Shown: positions 37,838 through 51,324, numbered from the stretch's first letter. The stretch is 64,000 bases of DNA from Eledone cirrhosa (GCA_964016885.1 OZ024740.1:245520001-245584000); one strand, 5' to 3'. Translations and numbers: made by a program. Notes: a model not told the origin generated them from the sequence alone.

Positions 37838-38292
37838 TGTGTGAGATACGCAATGTTGCATGGTAGTGAGACATGGGCAGCAACTGCAGAGGATATACGA
37901 CGGCTGGAGAGAAATGAGGCAAGCATGCTCCATTGGATGTGCAGTGTCAATGTGCATGAACGACCCAGCATGAATGTGTTGAGAGAGAAACTGTGTATAA
38001 GAGAGATAAGTTGTAGTGTGTAGGAGAGGAGACTGCGATGGTATGGACATGTGATGCGCATGGAAGATGACTGATGGGTGAAGAAGTGCCAAGAAATGCC
38101 AGTTGAAGGAAGACGCAGTAGAGGAAGACCACGAAAAACATGGGCGGAGTTGGTGAGCGCGGACCTCAGATCGCTGAAGCTCACAGAGGAGATGACGAAT
38201 GACCGTGACAAGTGGAGAGATGTTGTGCTGAATAGGACCCATCCCACCCTTGCAAGCAGGGAAAAGTGGACGTAAAATGATGATGATAATGA
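37838..38292 (+). mobile_element. RTE family B 3' fragment
   Basis: [15 protein letters not shown]...GRPRKTWAELV; (GAT)n followed by (TA)n. Confidence 0.88.
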
Positions 38293-38312
38293 TATATATA
38301 TATATATATATA

Positions 38313-38872
38313 GAGGAATCAAATGCTGTGTGCAGGAGAGGCGGTTGCGTTGGTATGGACATGTGATGCGTATGAAGGATGACAGCTGCATAAAAAGGTG
38401 CAGAGCACTAGAAGTCGATGGAAACCACGGAGTGGGGAGACCCAAGATGACCTGGGATGAGGTGATAAAAGCCGACCTTACCCAATTACACCTCTCCAAG
38501 GCGATGACACACGACCGTGACCTCTGGCGTCACGCAGTAATACAGAGTACCCGACCTCCCATGGGTACAAGCTGAAGCATATAGACAATATGCCCCCACA
38601 CCCTCCCACTGCAAGGTGGTCATGGAGGTGCCACGGCAAAAAAGCACCCAGCCCACACTGTAAAGTGGACATCTAGGCGCCACGAAAAAGCACCCAGCAC
38701 TCAGTGTAAATGAGGTTGGTGTTAGGAAGGGCATCCAGCTGTAGAAATCAAGCCAAATCAGTTCCTGTATGAGCAAGGCATGGTCAGCCGACCAGACACT
38801 GCCCACAACAGGACAACCCGTCTAACCCATGCTAGCGTGGAAGAACGGACGTAAAACGGTGATGATGATGAT
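38313..38872 (+). mobile_element. RTE family A 3' fragment
   Basis: ORF 38330-38575; 3'UTR like 9716-10026. Confidence 0.88.
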
Positions 38873-39259
38873 ATAGAAGGAATTTGTAATTTACTTGAAG
38901 CATTGTATAAGGTATTTAGAATTCAAAGTTAAAAAGCCACGACAATGCAGGGTTTGGACAGTGAAAAGATTAAAACGCGAAAAGCACAAAAAGTAGGGTT
39001 TGTTCTTCTTTACCTTAATTTATTCATATGACCTGATATTTCGAGATTAGTATCCGATGTGGCTTGTTATTCCATGCTGGCCGGAAATGGTTTTAATATT
39101 TATTTATTTTAAACTCTGTTGTGTTAAATTAAGGTCAATGACAAATGGAGAGATGCCGTGCTTAATAAGACTCGTCCCACCCTTGCAAGCAGAGAAAAGC
39201 GGACATAAAATGATGAGGAGGAGGAGGAGCACTGAGAAACCTCTATAATAATTTTTTAG

Positions 39260-39660
39260 GCAAGCCAGCATGCTCGCAGCATTACCTCGGGTGATGGCGA
39301 GGCTGCATCACCTGTTACCTCTGTTAGGCGAGCCGCCAGTGAAGATAAGAACCTCGCAGTCAGTAGCCCGACTCCCCCAAACGTCTCGAACGCCACTGCC
39401 TGGAAAATGTGATTAGCCAACATACCACGATATTTTAGGATTTTGTTCTGGTCGGCTGTGGATGCAGTAGCTTTCGCCCTTACCGCTGCATCCAGCATCA
39501 GGGAAGATGCAAAAGAGTCACTAACTGTGACGTCCCAGATAAAGCACCTGCCTCTTGGCCAGGGGCACAGGGTAAGACCGTCAGGTCTTCTCCCATCAAT
39601 TCTGGACAACCCAGATGATTCCAAAATTGAGGGGATGTTTGCCTGGGCCAAAACTCTAAA
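39260..39660 (-). mobile_element. CRE-like non-LTR retrotransposon, restriction-like endonuclease fragment
   Basis: DGRRPDGLTL.PW..G....WDVTV.D...K..KY...F...AFETFG (PD-(D/E)xK RLE pattern). Confidence 0.8.
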
Positions 39661-39764
39661 GTGATAATAGGATAGTGTTAGTATGTGCGCGTGCATGAGT
39701 TTGTCGGTATTCTTAAATTAGAGATGCGTGTGTGTATGTCGTGTGTGTGTCACCGTTTTTAAGT

Positions 39765-40188
39765 TAGAGACATATAAGTAATGACCAAAAGAATACAATT
39801 GCAAATACAAGCGGCCGAAATGGGGTTTCTCTGAAGGGCCTTTGGCATAACTTTAGTCGATAAAGTGCATAGCTCAGAGATCAGAGGGTCACTCCAGCTA
39901 GAGCCGCTACTTCTCCAGATTGAGAGATCACAGCTCCGATACTATGGGCATGTGGTTAGAATGTCTCAGTAAAGAATCGCTGGACAGATTTTACAGGCAA
40001 AACCAACTGGCAGGTGACCCAGAGGTAGACTTCGAGCAAGCTAGTTGGATTACATCCATGAGCTTGGCTGGTCACACTTTGGGATCCAGCTGGATCAGTT
40101 AGAGATGTTTGCTTGTGACAGACTCGCTGGAAGGAGTGTTTGAGGAGGACTCTGCCCCCCCACGACCCTCTCAGTGGGCGAAGAAGAT
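39765..40188 (+). mobile_element. RTE (Expander/Rex3-like) 3' fragment
   Basis: IQAAEMGFL, EPLLLQIERSQLRYYGHVVRM. Confidence 0.7.
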
Positions 40189-40531
40189 ATTGTCAATTTA
40201 TTTTTCAATTTACATATATCTATATGCATATATATTTGCGTATAATACCAATATGCACAGAGTGGTTCTTCTGCTAATAGTTATAATGATTTAAATACCT
40301 CTATGAGGGATTGAAAGTAAATTACATTAAATTATTCTTTGGCTCTTGGGGCTTAAACTGATTTTTTAAATTTAGGTTTTAGAGAACTTTGTTAGTGGGT
40401 GGTTTCAAATTCTAATGCAGGTGACATTTTGCCCACAGATGAAGGATTCCTCTTACTTTTATCTAGAGGCTCCGTCACTAGCCTGAACTGTGTGAAGTAT
40501 TTATAACAAAGTTTGAAAATTCCTATTTCAG

Positions 40532-40594
40532 GCAGGAACTGATTTCCTTTTACGGGAATACACAAGCCAGGATAATGAAATTGCTGATATCAAG
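40532..40594 (+). CDS. TIPRL: TIPRL coding exon 6
   Basis: AGTDFLLREYTSQDNEIADIK (LREYTS conserved); CAG acceptor, GTAAGT donor; 63 nt. Confidence 0.93.
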
Positions 40595-41977
40595 GTAAGT
40601 GTATAGTTTTGTGTCTGTCTGACTTCACATCAGCACCACTTGAGCAGCTAGTGAAGTTTAGATCCCACATAAAGAATATATCATGCAGTTCAGTGGAACA
40701 ATTACCTTACTTAAAACAAGTAAGGGTTGATGATCAGAAAGGAACTAGTTGTAGAATACTGAGTCAAAAAATCATGTCCATTCCATCTAGCATGGTCCTA
40801 AATACAAAAATGATGATGATATTACACCTTCAGGTTTCATAACATGCTCCCTTCATATTTTCCTCTCCTGTTGATTATAATTTGTCTCACTTTGTTCCTT
40901 CTTTTGTACTGAGTTAGAATTTTCTAGAGAAAACAAATGAAATCCCTCATGGTATTGCATTCTCCCATCACCTTCACTTTCACATCCTCCACCTATACTT
41001 ATAAATGTAAAGAAGCTGATATAGAAATCTACTTTCAATCATCATGAGATGATAATGGTGTACTTGCACTCATTGTAAAGTAATAGTGTAGCTGTCACAA
41101 CAATAAACGCCCAGTCCACACTGTAAATGGTTGGCATTAGGAAGGGCATCCAGCTGTGGAAACCAAACCAGAAACAGTTCTGTATGAACAAGACACAGTA
41201 ATCTGATCTGGCATTGCTCACAGCAGCACAACTCGTTTAACCTATGCTAGTGTGCAAAAATGGATGTTAAACGGTGATGATGATGATATTATCAATAATA
41301 CTATTAACCTTATCAAGTTATTTAAGGATTGTTGAGAGTTCTGAGATCTATATTTGTTGAAGATGGCTGCTAGTTAGGCCAGGCAAATATCTACAGTTAT
41401 AATGCCTTCAATACTCAGAGCAAAAGTGGGTCTTATACCAGAATGTGATTTTATAGATTCTATATTTCTGATACAACAACTGTAAATGTAATTAACAACA
41501 GTTGTGAGATTTTTTCCGTTTAGCTACTTTCCTATGAGATTGCATTTCATAGACCTCAGGCCTACCATGTGACCATTTTCTTGGGAGGCAGAATTGGAAC
41601 AGATGCACTCCTACAATTCTGCTAATCCACTGCTCTAGCCTGGTATTTTAAAAGAGGAAAGGTACAGCATACACTGAAAGCTGGAACAAATACTGCAAGG
41701 CATCTAATTTGATGCTTTAATGACTCTGCCAATTCACCACCTGTTGTGGAATTGATAAAGCTAGAAATTGAGTAGTGGCTATAGTTCTTAGTTCTATGTT
41801 GATAATAAAAACAGTTTTCATATTATTCACGAAAACATTGACATAGTGGTTAGGTAGATGTTAACTAAGGCTCTATCCTCAGCCTTCTTATTTTAAACCT
41901 AATCTTTTGTTGAAAGTTCATGATGAATTCAATAATCATTTGTTATGTTATTGTTTGTTTGCTGTTGTTTTATTCAG

Positions 41978-42133
41978 GTGCCACCATTTGTGCTTAATGA
42001 CCCAAATGAGTTATGTAACTACTTGACAAAGAGAACTGAATACTTTGAGAAACTGAATTTACCATCTCGCAATAACCAAAAACAAACAGAACCTCAAGAA
42101 GACTCAACAAATTGTGAACCGTTACAAAGGTGA
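41978..42133 (+). CDS. TIPRL: TIPRL coding exon 7 (last)
   Basis: VPPFVLNDPNELCNYL...FEKLNLP...QR*; CAG acceptor; total CDS 855 nt = 284 aa. Confidence 0.93.
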   Translation: MPPFVLNDPNELCNYLTKRTEYFEKLNLPSRNNQKQTEPQEDSTNCEPLQR

Positions 42134-42197
42134 TGATCATCCAAACAGCAAAGGATCATTAGCACCTGGTTTTGTTCAACAAGAATTTAAAAGACCC

Positions 42198-42203
42198 AAT
42201 AAA
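42198..42203 (+). terminator. Candidate TIPRL polyadenylation signal
   Basis: AATAAA about 65 nt after the stop codon, with T/GT-rich sequence downstream. Confidence 0.45.
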
Positions 42204-42639
42204 ACAAGCAATAACTTACAATTTATCAAACTGAAGTTATTGTTTTGTCAGCATTCTTTTTGTAGTTACATGAATGTGTATATGTGAATACTAAAAGGCC
42301 AACATATGCAAACATTCTTATGAGATGAAGAACAATGATCTCAAATCACTTGAATGACCAACTAAAAGACAGTGAAAATTCAGTTTATGTAGGGCTTTGC
42401 TAGAAATTGAAAACAAACCTAAACACAACCATTAAAACAGAATAGAATGAAAAAACCAGAGCTGTAGAAAATATATAATGAACCTTAAAGCTTTTTATAA
42501 ATTTGCAAAAAGACTCGGCTTCAGTATATTATAAAATAGGGCTACTGTTCTAAGAAAATAGCACACTGGCTGCAGACCCCCAAAGGATTGGTGAAATACT
42601 AACTGAACACTTCTATCAAAAGTTTTTTCATCTCCCCAA

Positions 42640-43280
42640 TGGGACACATGCAAATATACAAGGTAGATGCTGTATTTGATACTACAACTCTACATAGGGA
42701 AGCTATCAATTACATTGAAATATAGAAGAAAGATGTAATGCACTCCATAGGTGAAATGATCTTAAACTCAGCAACAGGCTCTGATTGATTCCTAGCACTT
42801 CTCTTAAAAACATCTAAACAGGCTTTAGTAAAATTACTGCAGGTACTTTTCCCAAACTTCTTTGCAAGTGGTGAATTCCCTAAAAAAGCAATATATTCCC
42901 TATCCATAAATGAGGATGCAAAGCAGATGCTAAAAATTAGAGGCCTATCATAATATCATCAAACCAGTGACAGTTTCAGCTAGTTTGTTATTGAAAAGGT
43001 TTAGCGATAGAGATGGGGCAGTTGTAGCTAACGGGGCTCTTTCAAAGGAAATGTTAGAGTCTCTTAGGGAACTAAAATGGGTGGGAGTGGAGCATTGTTG
43101 TTTATAGCAGTTCTCTCATACATGTCCTCAGTTATACTGGTGGCCACTTTCACTAGCTACACTGATGATATGAAATGATCACAGAATAATGCCATATAGT
43201 TACAGAAAGACCTAAATGCAATATACAAATGGGTTGAAGATAATATTCAATTTAACAGTGAAAAATTCCAAACCCTTGCT
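42640..43280 (+). mobile_element. Very old CR1/L2-like RT remnant
   Basis: Fragments such as SYTDD and LQKDLNAIYKWVEDN..FNSEKF. Confidence 0.5.
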
Positions 43281-45422
43281 ATCAGCCCACAAATATATCA
43301 CAATCAAAATGGACATATACACACAAAAGCATACAAGGTCACATCAAAACACATTTAAAAACACAACAACGCAAGCCAGTTAAAGATCCTCTACATAATT
43401 GCTCAAGAAGTAGTAGCCAAATTGCCCCTAAATCACATCATACATCGTTGTCATTTAACGTCCATTTACCCTGCTAGCAAGGGTTGGACGGATTATCACT
43501 GACCAAGTCAATACTTTATCAGAGCTACAGGCCACTCAAATGGGCTGAGTGCCCACATCTTGCTTATGTATCTTTCCACTTTCTACAGTGTACTGGGTAC
43601 ATTTTATCATGACACCAGCATTAAGGAGGTTGTCATATCTTTGACACAACTGAAGAGTCCACCCAACCCTTTGTTTTGTAGGTTTTCTATAGCTGGATGT
43701 CCTTCCTATCACCAACCACTCTACAGTCTTAGAAAAAAAGAACACATTGAACAATATAGTCCTTGATATACAAAATAACAAGATAGTCTTGGACAAAATA
43801 TGTTTATCATAGGGCCTAGGTCTAAATAACTACATACACACTTTTTTACATACATAAATTTGGGCTTGCTTACATAAATACAGAACAGCACACACAAACA
43901 AATCAAAACCAGTAAGAGAGCATCTATGCAGCTATTTAACCAGTTAGAAACAGTAGCTAAATCTTCCTTGAATTGCACCCTACCATTTTAAAATAAATAT
44001 TGGAAGAACACATTGGCTAATGTAGTCCTAGATACATAATATTTGCATGAAATATGTGATCACAGTTGGAATGGCTTTGGTCATAGATCTACTTGATCAG
44101 TTTGAACCATAGACTAAACAACATACATAAACAATACCCTATGTTAATGGAGGTAGGTGGCTCTATGTGGTTGATGAACCTGCAAGGAATAGCCAAATTC
44201 CTTATTATACACACTAGACTCTTGCTTTTTTTAAAAGTCTAATGAAGATGATCAGGGTCTGTCACCTTTATAGAGTCCTCCAAACTGGTGAGGCAGATGT
44301 GATAAATGTCTATCAACCTTTATAAATTGATACATGTAGGGGTAGGTGTGGGTATGCAGGGATAGTGTGGCAAAAAGTTACAGCAGTTCTAGGAATAAAG
44401 GTTTGGCAGAAAAGTGTAGTGTAAAGATTTGAGGGCGTGGGTTATACACAGTAGTTATAACAAGGAGAAGAGATGCATGAAGAAGAGGGATGTACAAACA
44501 TATCTATACACAGAGTGACATGGATGTGCATAAAACAACACACACATTTAGATAAAGCATACATCATTATATAAACACACACATAGGTGGCAAATTGGCA
44601 GAGCCGTTAAAACGTCAAGTAAAATGCTTTACAGTATCATTCTGGCTCTCTGCAAATCCTACCAAGTCAACTTTGCTTTTCACCCTATCAAGGTCAATAA
44701 AAAAAAAAAGTACATCAAGTAGAAATCTGTTTCACTGTGGCTTCATTTCCATTAATTTTTTTTTTTTTTTTTTTTTTTTCAATGCTTGTACACAATTGCT
44801 AGATAGTAGTTAACTCTGTGCTGGATACATCTGTTCTTTTGACAGATTTTGTTTTTGCCCTGCTAGGTTTTTAATCTAATATACCGAGTTGGGGTGCCAG
44901 TTTAGTTAATAACTTGAACAGGTTATACTGAATTACATGTTACTAGGAGCACTGAAATCTATTGCAGTCAGCTTTATAATGATTTCTGATAGACTGGGTT
45001 TCCTGCAACAGGAAGGAAGTAATGGTTGCCTTGGGCAGCCTTGTCAACAAATCTAGCTTCTTCATAGCAAAGATAGTTAGACTACAAAATGTGACCATAA
45101 AGCTTCATTGCAGAGGTTTCTTCTCTTGCAATGGTATCATGGATCTTGGGAGTAGCCATTGTCAACACAGTGGCTTGGGTATCGTGTGTCTATGAAATAC
45201 TGTCACTTCTGTAGTTCCCTCACTGGTCCTGGCACACAGTAACAATCATTGATTCGTTGGTCTCATATTCTGTTGCAGCTTTTTAAGAAGTACAGTCATA
45301 AATGAAACCATCGAATTTAATGAAGAACCATAAACAAGTACATGTTTAGAATCTAAAAGAAATTGATACATTTAAGACACCAGTACTATTTCGCTCTCTC
45401 TCTCTATATATATATATACATA

Positions 45423-45720
45423 CTGAGAGGTCAGTGGCTAACACTTGCTAGCAATGAAAACAGATGTTAAATGATGATGATGATACACACACACATTATA
45501 TATATATATAAATGAAGTATTTCCGTCGAAGACATGTTATTTATTCATTCTGACGACTGAAGACATATAACATCTGCCTTCAAGAAACCACTGGTAAATG
45601 AAATAATTATGTTGTTTATTACATAACTAAATATATATATATATATAATGTGTGTGTACCATCATCATCATCATTTAACATGTTTTCATTGCTAGCAAGT
45701 GTTAGCCACTGACCTCTCAG
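45423..45720. repeat. ~88-bp inverted duplication flanking a 120-bp (TA)n-bounded insert
   Basis: 45423-45510 is the near-exact reverse complement of 45632-45720. Confidence 0.9.
45544..45602 (+). ncRNA. Type I hammerhead ribozyme motif
   Basis: Stem I TTCATT/AATGAA, CTGACGA, stem II TGAAG/CTTCA (C.A mismatch at its base), GAAA, stem III ACCA-C-TGGT, GUA cleavage site after 45596. Confidence 0.65.
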
Positions 45721-46500
45721 ATGAGCCTTGCTCTCACATATAATCCTGTGTTTGACAATGTATTTTATCATGACATTAATACTAGGGGGGGGGGGGTCAG
45801 GCTTTTAACACAGCAGAAGAGTCTTGCCAACCTTTTGTTTGGTAGGTTTTCTCCACCTGGATTCTCTTCCTGTCACCAACCAGTGTGTACTGAGTGCATT
45901 TATCATTTAGATCACCAACATGAGGTACGTTGTCCTGTCTTTCATACAACTGAAGAGTATTTCATTCACTTTGTTTGGCAAACTTATATGAGAAACAAAT
46001 AACTTATATACACATACATATGTATATTGTGTATATAAAATCACTACATTGTCCTCATTATCATATTGTAGTGTGTTTATAAAATATTACACAAATAAAT
46101 ATTGTTTTGTCACATTGATGTATTCCAAAGAGTCTTTTATGTTATGTTGAAATGTTAGAATATAAATTCTTTATAATTTTTCTCTAACATCTTTTTATTA
46201 ATATACTAGTTTCAGTTAATGGATCAGCCACACACATTCTTCACCAGACCATAAAGGGGCGTAACTCTATGCTGGAAAGCGTGGCGTCTGACCCTGATAT
46301 AATTGTTTCTACTTTAGGCACAAGGCCAGCCATTACCCAGTGCATTACTGGTACTTTATTTTATCGACCCCGTAAGGATGAAAGGCAAAGTCAACCTCGG
46401 CGGGATTTGAACTCAGATCGTAAATAATAACCAATGTGTATTTGTCCATTATACTAAGGGAAGTAATTCATCTATGTGATGTGTATGAATATATATAGTA

Positions 46501-46840
46501 GAGGCACATGGCTTAGTGGTTAGAGCATTGGCCTTGCAATCGAAAGGTTGTGAGTTCAACTCTCAGACCGGGTGATGTGTTGTTTCCTTGAGCAAGACAC
46601 TTTATTTCACATTGCTCCAGTTTACTCAGCTGTAGAAATGAGATGATAGGGACTGGGGTCCCTATCATTCCACTGCAAAGTGGCCGTGGAGATGCCACGG
46701 CAAAAAAGCACCCAGCACTCACTGTAAATGAGGTTGGTGTTAGGAAGGGCATCCAGCTGTAGAAATCAAGCCAGAATCAGTTCCCGTCCCACCCTTGCAA
46801 GCAGGGAAAAAGCTGACGTAAAATGAAATGATGAATGATG
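46501..46840 (+). mobile_element. Full-length family-1 SINE
   Basis: Nearly identical to 13049-13394. Confidence 0.9.
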
Positions 46841-46880
46841 ATAAACACATACATATACATAAACAGATACATTATACAAA

Positions 46881-47072
46881 ATAATTGTTACTTTTGGCAC
46901 AAGGCCAGCAATTACCCTCAGTGCATTACTGGTGCTTTATTTTATCAACCCTGTAAGGATAAAAGGCAAATTTAACCTCAGCGGGATTTGAACTGAGAAC
47001 GTAAAGGGCCATAACTCTATGCTGCAAAGCATGGTGCCTGATGCTCCACTGATACTACCAATCCACCACCCT
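46881..47072 (-). mobile_element. Family-2 SINE (another rearranged copy at ~46258-46422)
   Basis: Reverse complement of 19159-19350. Confidence 0.85.
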
Positions 47073-47494
47073 TATACAAAATAATGATTACATGGCCCTC
47101 CAAGAGGGTGTATTGACACTCTATAGCTTACAGAGACAGAAATGTAAAATCAACAATTGGTCATGGTCTGATATGTCCTGAATAAAAACTTTTCAAGCAC
47201 ACTTATGTATATGGGGCCCCTTATTCCCCCCAGTATATTATGTCTATTTCGTCTTTTTTTGTTTCTTCTTCCAAACACTCTTCAGGGGAACCCTATGGTC
47301 ATTACCCAAGATTCATGACTATAGGTAAGGGTTGATATGAACATCAAATAGAAGATAGCGAGTTTGGCTTTCACACCTACCTCCTTTCTTCAGATTATCA
47401 AACACTGAAGCTGGTATATTTCTGCGCCAGCTACTGCAATCTAAAGTCTAAGTCTGTCTTGAGCCCGATGGCTCATCAGGCCAGTGCTTATCTT

Positions 47495-48766
47495 GGGGCT
47501 CTGTTCTTAGCCCTCTCCTGTTTATTATCCTATTGGAGGCTATAACACAGGAGTTTAAAACCTGATGCCCATGGGAACTTCTATATGCGAATGATCTGAC
47601 ACTTATATCTGAATCTATGGTGGAACTAGAGAAGAAATTCCGAACATGGAAGTAAGGCCTAGAAAGAAGGGGTCTTAAAGTCAACCTGACAAAGACTAAG
47701 GTCCAAGTAACTAGAAGAGAAAACAGAACCCACATATCCTCAGGGAGATGGCCTTGCTCCAGTATGTAGAAAAGGTGTAGGTGGAAATGCCTTTCACTGC
47801 CCCAAATGCAAACTATGGGTACACAAGAGATGTAGTGGGATCTCAGGAAGTTTAGTTTAAAATGTAGGCTTTACATGTAGCAGCTGCACCAGGTCAGTAA
47901 ATAGCAAACGGCCTCAGGAAACAAGCACTACCAAATTCTGGGAGGGCTCAGTAGAAACAGTAGACGGAATTAGCAGCGGAAGTGGGTGTTCTGAAAGTAC
48001 AGTAGCCAGAGTAAGAACGGGATGGAAGAAGTTCAGGGAGCTACTACCACTGCTAGCTACAAAAGACTTTTACCTCAAAATGAAAGGCAGACTGTATGAT
48101 GCATGCATATGAACAGCAATGTTGCATGGTGGTGAGACATGAGCGCTGTGTGCAGAAGACTTGTGTAGATTGGAAAGAAATGATGCTTGCATGCTCCGAT
48201 GGTGAAGCATAAATAAACTGAGAGAGTAACTAGACGTAAAAAGAATAAAATGCTGTGTGCAGAAGAGGAGATTACGTTGGTATGGACATGTGATGCGTAT
48301 GAAGAATGACAACTGTATAAAAAGGTGCAGAGTGCTCAAAGTCGTTGGAGTGGAGAGACCTAGGAAGACTTGGGATGAGGTGATAAAAGCTGACCTTGCC
48401 GAATTGTATCTCTCAAAGGCGATGACACAGGACTGAGGTCTCTAGCATTATGCAGTAATACAGAAGACCTCACTTTCCATGAGCACAAGCCAAAGCTGGA
48501 GCACATACACAGTATCCCACCCCCACCACCCTCCCTCTGCCCACTGTAAAGTGATCGTGTCGGTGTCACAACAAAAAGCACCCAGTTCACACTGTAAAGT
48601 GGTTGTGTAGACAAGACAAAAAGCACTCAGTTCACGAGGTTGGCGTTAGAAAGGGCATCCAGCTGTAGAAACTAAGTCAAAATCAGTTCTGTAACAGCAA
48701 AACATGGTCACCTAATCTAGCATTGTCCAGAAGAGGACAACAAGAATGGATGTAAAACGGTGATGA
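47495..48766 (+). mobile_element. Degenerate RTE family A 3' half
   Basis: GSVLSPLL, YAND, PHD remnant, C-terminus, 3'UTR and tail. Confidence 0.88.
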
Positions 48767-48806
48767 TATATATATGTATGTATGTATGTATGTAAATATA
48801 TATGTA

Positions 48807-48850
<44 letters not shown>

Positions 48851-48902
48851 AATATATATCTATATATATATAAGTATATATCTAAATATATATCTATATA
48901 TC

Positions 48903-48952
<50 letters not shown>

Positions 48953-48956
48953 AATG

Positions 48957-48991
<35 letters not shown>

Positions 48992-48996
48992 GATGG

Positions 48997-49882
48997 AACT
49001 GGATGGAAAAAGTTCAGAGAGCTTATACCACTATTAGCCGCTAAAGGGTTCTCCCTAAAAACGAAAGGCAGGTTGTATGATGCCTGCATACGAACAGCAA
49101 TGTTGCATGGCAGTGAGACCTGGGAATTGTGTGCAGAGGATATACGCAGACTAGAGAGGAACGAAGCTTGCATGCTCCGCTGGATGTGTAATAGTAATAT
49201 ACGTGAACGGCAAAGCATAAACGAACTAAGGAAAAAAATTAGAAATAAGAGGGATCAGATGTTGTTTACTCGAGAGAAGGCTACGTTGGTATGGACACGT
49301 GATGCGCATGAAAGTCGATAGCTGTATAACAAAGTGCAGGGCAATAAAGATAGACGGTAGCCACGGAATAGGCAGACCTAGAAAAACCTGGGACGAGCTG
49401 ATAAACTCTGACCTCACACACTTGCACCTCTCCAAGACAATGTCACTGGACCGAGACCTTTGGCGGTACTCAGTAATAGAGAAGACCCGCCTTACCTAAA
49501 TACATAGTAAAACCTACTACAGTCAGTAGGCATCTCTAACAAAATACACCCCCGTCCCACCACCCCCACCCCATCCACACCTCCCCCTTCTATGTAAAGT
49601 TATGTTGGTGCCACACCATCCAGGCCGAAACAAATGAGATCGTGTAGGTGTCACAACAAAAAACACACAGTCCACGCTGTAATGTGGCCGTGTAGGCAAC
49701 ACGGTAAAAACCTCCCAGACCCACACTGTAAATGTGGTTGGTGTTAGGAAGGGCATCCAACTGTAGAAAGCCTGCCAGACAGTCCTATGCGAGCAAGACA
49801 ATCACTCTTGCCTCAAGTGGGAAAACCCCCGTCCAAACCCATGCAAGCGTGGAACACAGACGTTAAACGTTGATGATGATGT
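48997..49882 (+). mobile_element. RTE family A 3' fragment
   Basis: Nearly identical to 29254-30141; flanked by (TA)n. Confidence 0.9.
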
Positions 49883-49922
49883 TGTATATATATATATATA
49901 TGTATATATATGTATGTATATA

Positions 49923-50329
49923 CGAGGGTAATCCCAAAAGCAAGGTCTCCAAAGCGACAGGGACGCAGAGAAACTGTTCGTACGGCTGTTGGCAACACTG
50001 TTGTGATTGGTGCTTCCTTCACTCCCAAACAAGCATGCGTGCGCTTCGCTGGGATCTCAATCTTGGCTTGGCAGGCGTTGAGAATGGAGCTCCCGTTGAA
50101 CGCTACCACCAAGTGCGAATTTCGCGCAGTTATTATTACGAGGGCAATCCCAAAAGTAAGATCTCCTTCCGAGGAAAACATGCGTAAAGATCGGCGGATC
50201 ACTCTGGATGCTTTCTCCATTTTGGTTCCTGAGGTTTCCCGAAGCACCATCCACAGGATTTTAACGGAACAGTTGCAATATCAGAAGTTGCAATATCGGA
50301 AGGAGACCTTACTTTTGGGATTGCCCTCA
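49923..50329 (+). mobile_element. Internally deleted mariner derivative with three TIR copies
   Basis: TA|CGAGGG.AATCCCAAAAG.AAG.TCTCC at 49923 and 50139, inverted copy ending 50329|TA; transposase pieces KCEFRAVI and DRRITL...SRSTIHRILTEQL. Confidence 0.85.
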
Positions 50330-50361
50330 TATATATATGTATATATGTTTGTATGTGTGTG

Positions 50362-50431
<70 letters not shown>

Positions 50432-50433
<2 letters not shown>

Positions 50434-51031
50434 CATGGGAGGAGGGTGTTCCGAGGCCATAGTATCTAGAATAAGGACGGGTTGGAAGAAGTTTAGGGAG
50501 CTGCTTCCTCTGTTGACGAAGAAGGGTTTCTCCCTGCGTACGAAAGGCCGGTTGTATGATGCCTGTGTGAGGAGCGCGATGCTGCATGGTAGTGAGACAT
50601 GGGCAGCTACCGCAGAAGATATGCGACGGCTGGAGAGAAATGAGGCAAGCATGCTCCGTTGGATGTGCAGTGTAAATGTGCGTGAACGACCCAGCATAAA
50701 TGTGTTGAGAGAGAAACTGTGTCTGAGAGGGATAGAATGTAGTGTACGGGAGAGGAGACTGAGGTGGTATGGACATGTGATGCGCATGGAGGATGACCGA
50801 TGGGTGAAGAAGTGCCAGGAAATGCCAGTTGAAGGAAGACGTAGTAGAGGTAGACCACGAAAAACATGGGCGGAGGTGGTGAGAACAGACCTCAGATCAT
50901 TGAAGCTCACGGTGGAGATGACGAGGGACCGTGACGAGTGGAGAGATGCTGTGCTGAATAAGACCCGTCCCACCCTTGCAAGCAGGGAAAAGCGGACGTA
51001 AAATGATGATGATGATGATGAATGATGATGA
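50432..51031 (+). mobile_element. RTE family B 3' fragment with open frame
   Basis: GGGCSEAIVSRIRTGWKKF...NKTRPTLASREKRT* followed directly by (GAT)n. Confidence 0.92.
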
Positions 51032-51324
51032 TATATATAAAGTAAGTCCATAGAATCATTAGATAAAATATATACAGTATTTCTTCTCCCAATCAGCATA
51101 AATCAACCACATAAAAAATCATTTAAACGAGGCTATAAGTTTATAAGTTTAAAATATACTTATGAAGAAACAATAGATAAATGATATAGCTTCTTATCCG
51201 CGACTCATAGCTACCAAAAATTTACCTAGGATTCCTAATAGCCTGTAGAAATGAACCATACATAATTAGGTACAAATCAAAGTTAGAAGAAAAAATGTAC
51301 ATAAACATACCAAGATCATCACAA

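Noticed and set aside
49910-51001. 363-aa ORF fusing mariner DNA-binding sequence to an RTE C-terminus
   Set aside because: It spans three adjacent repeats joined through stop-free (TA)n (YIYI run); a chance read-through with no gene-like features.
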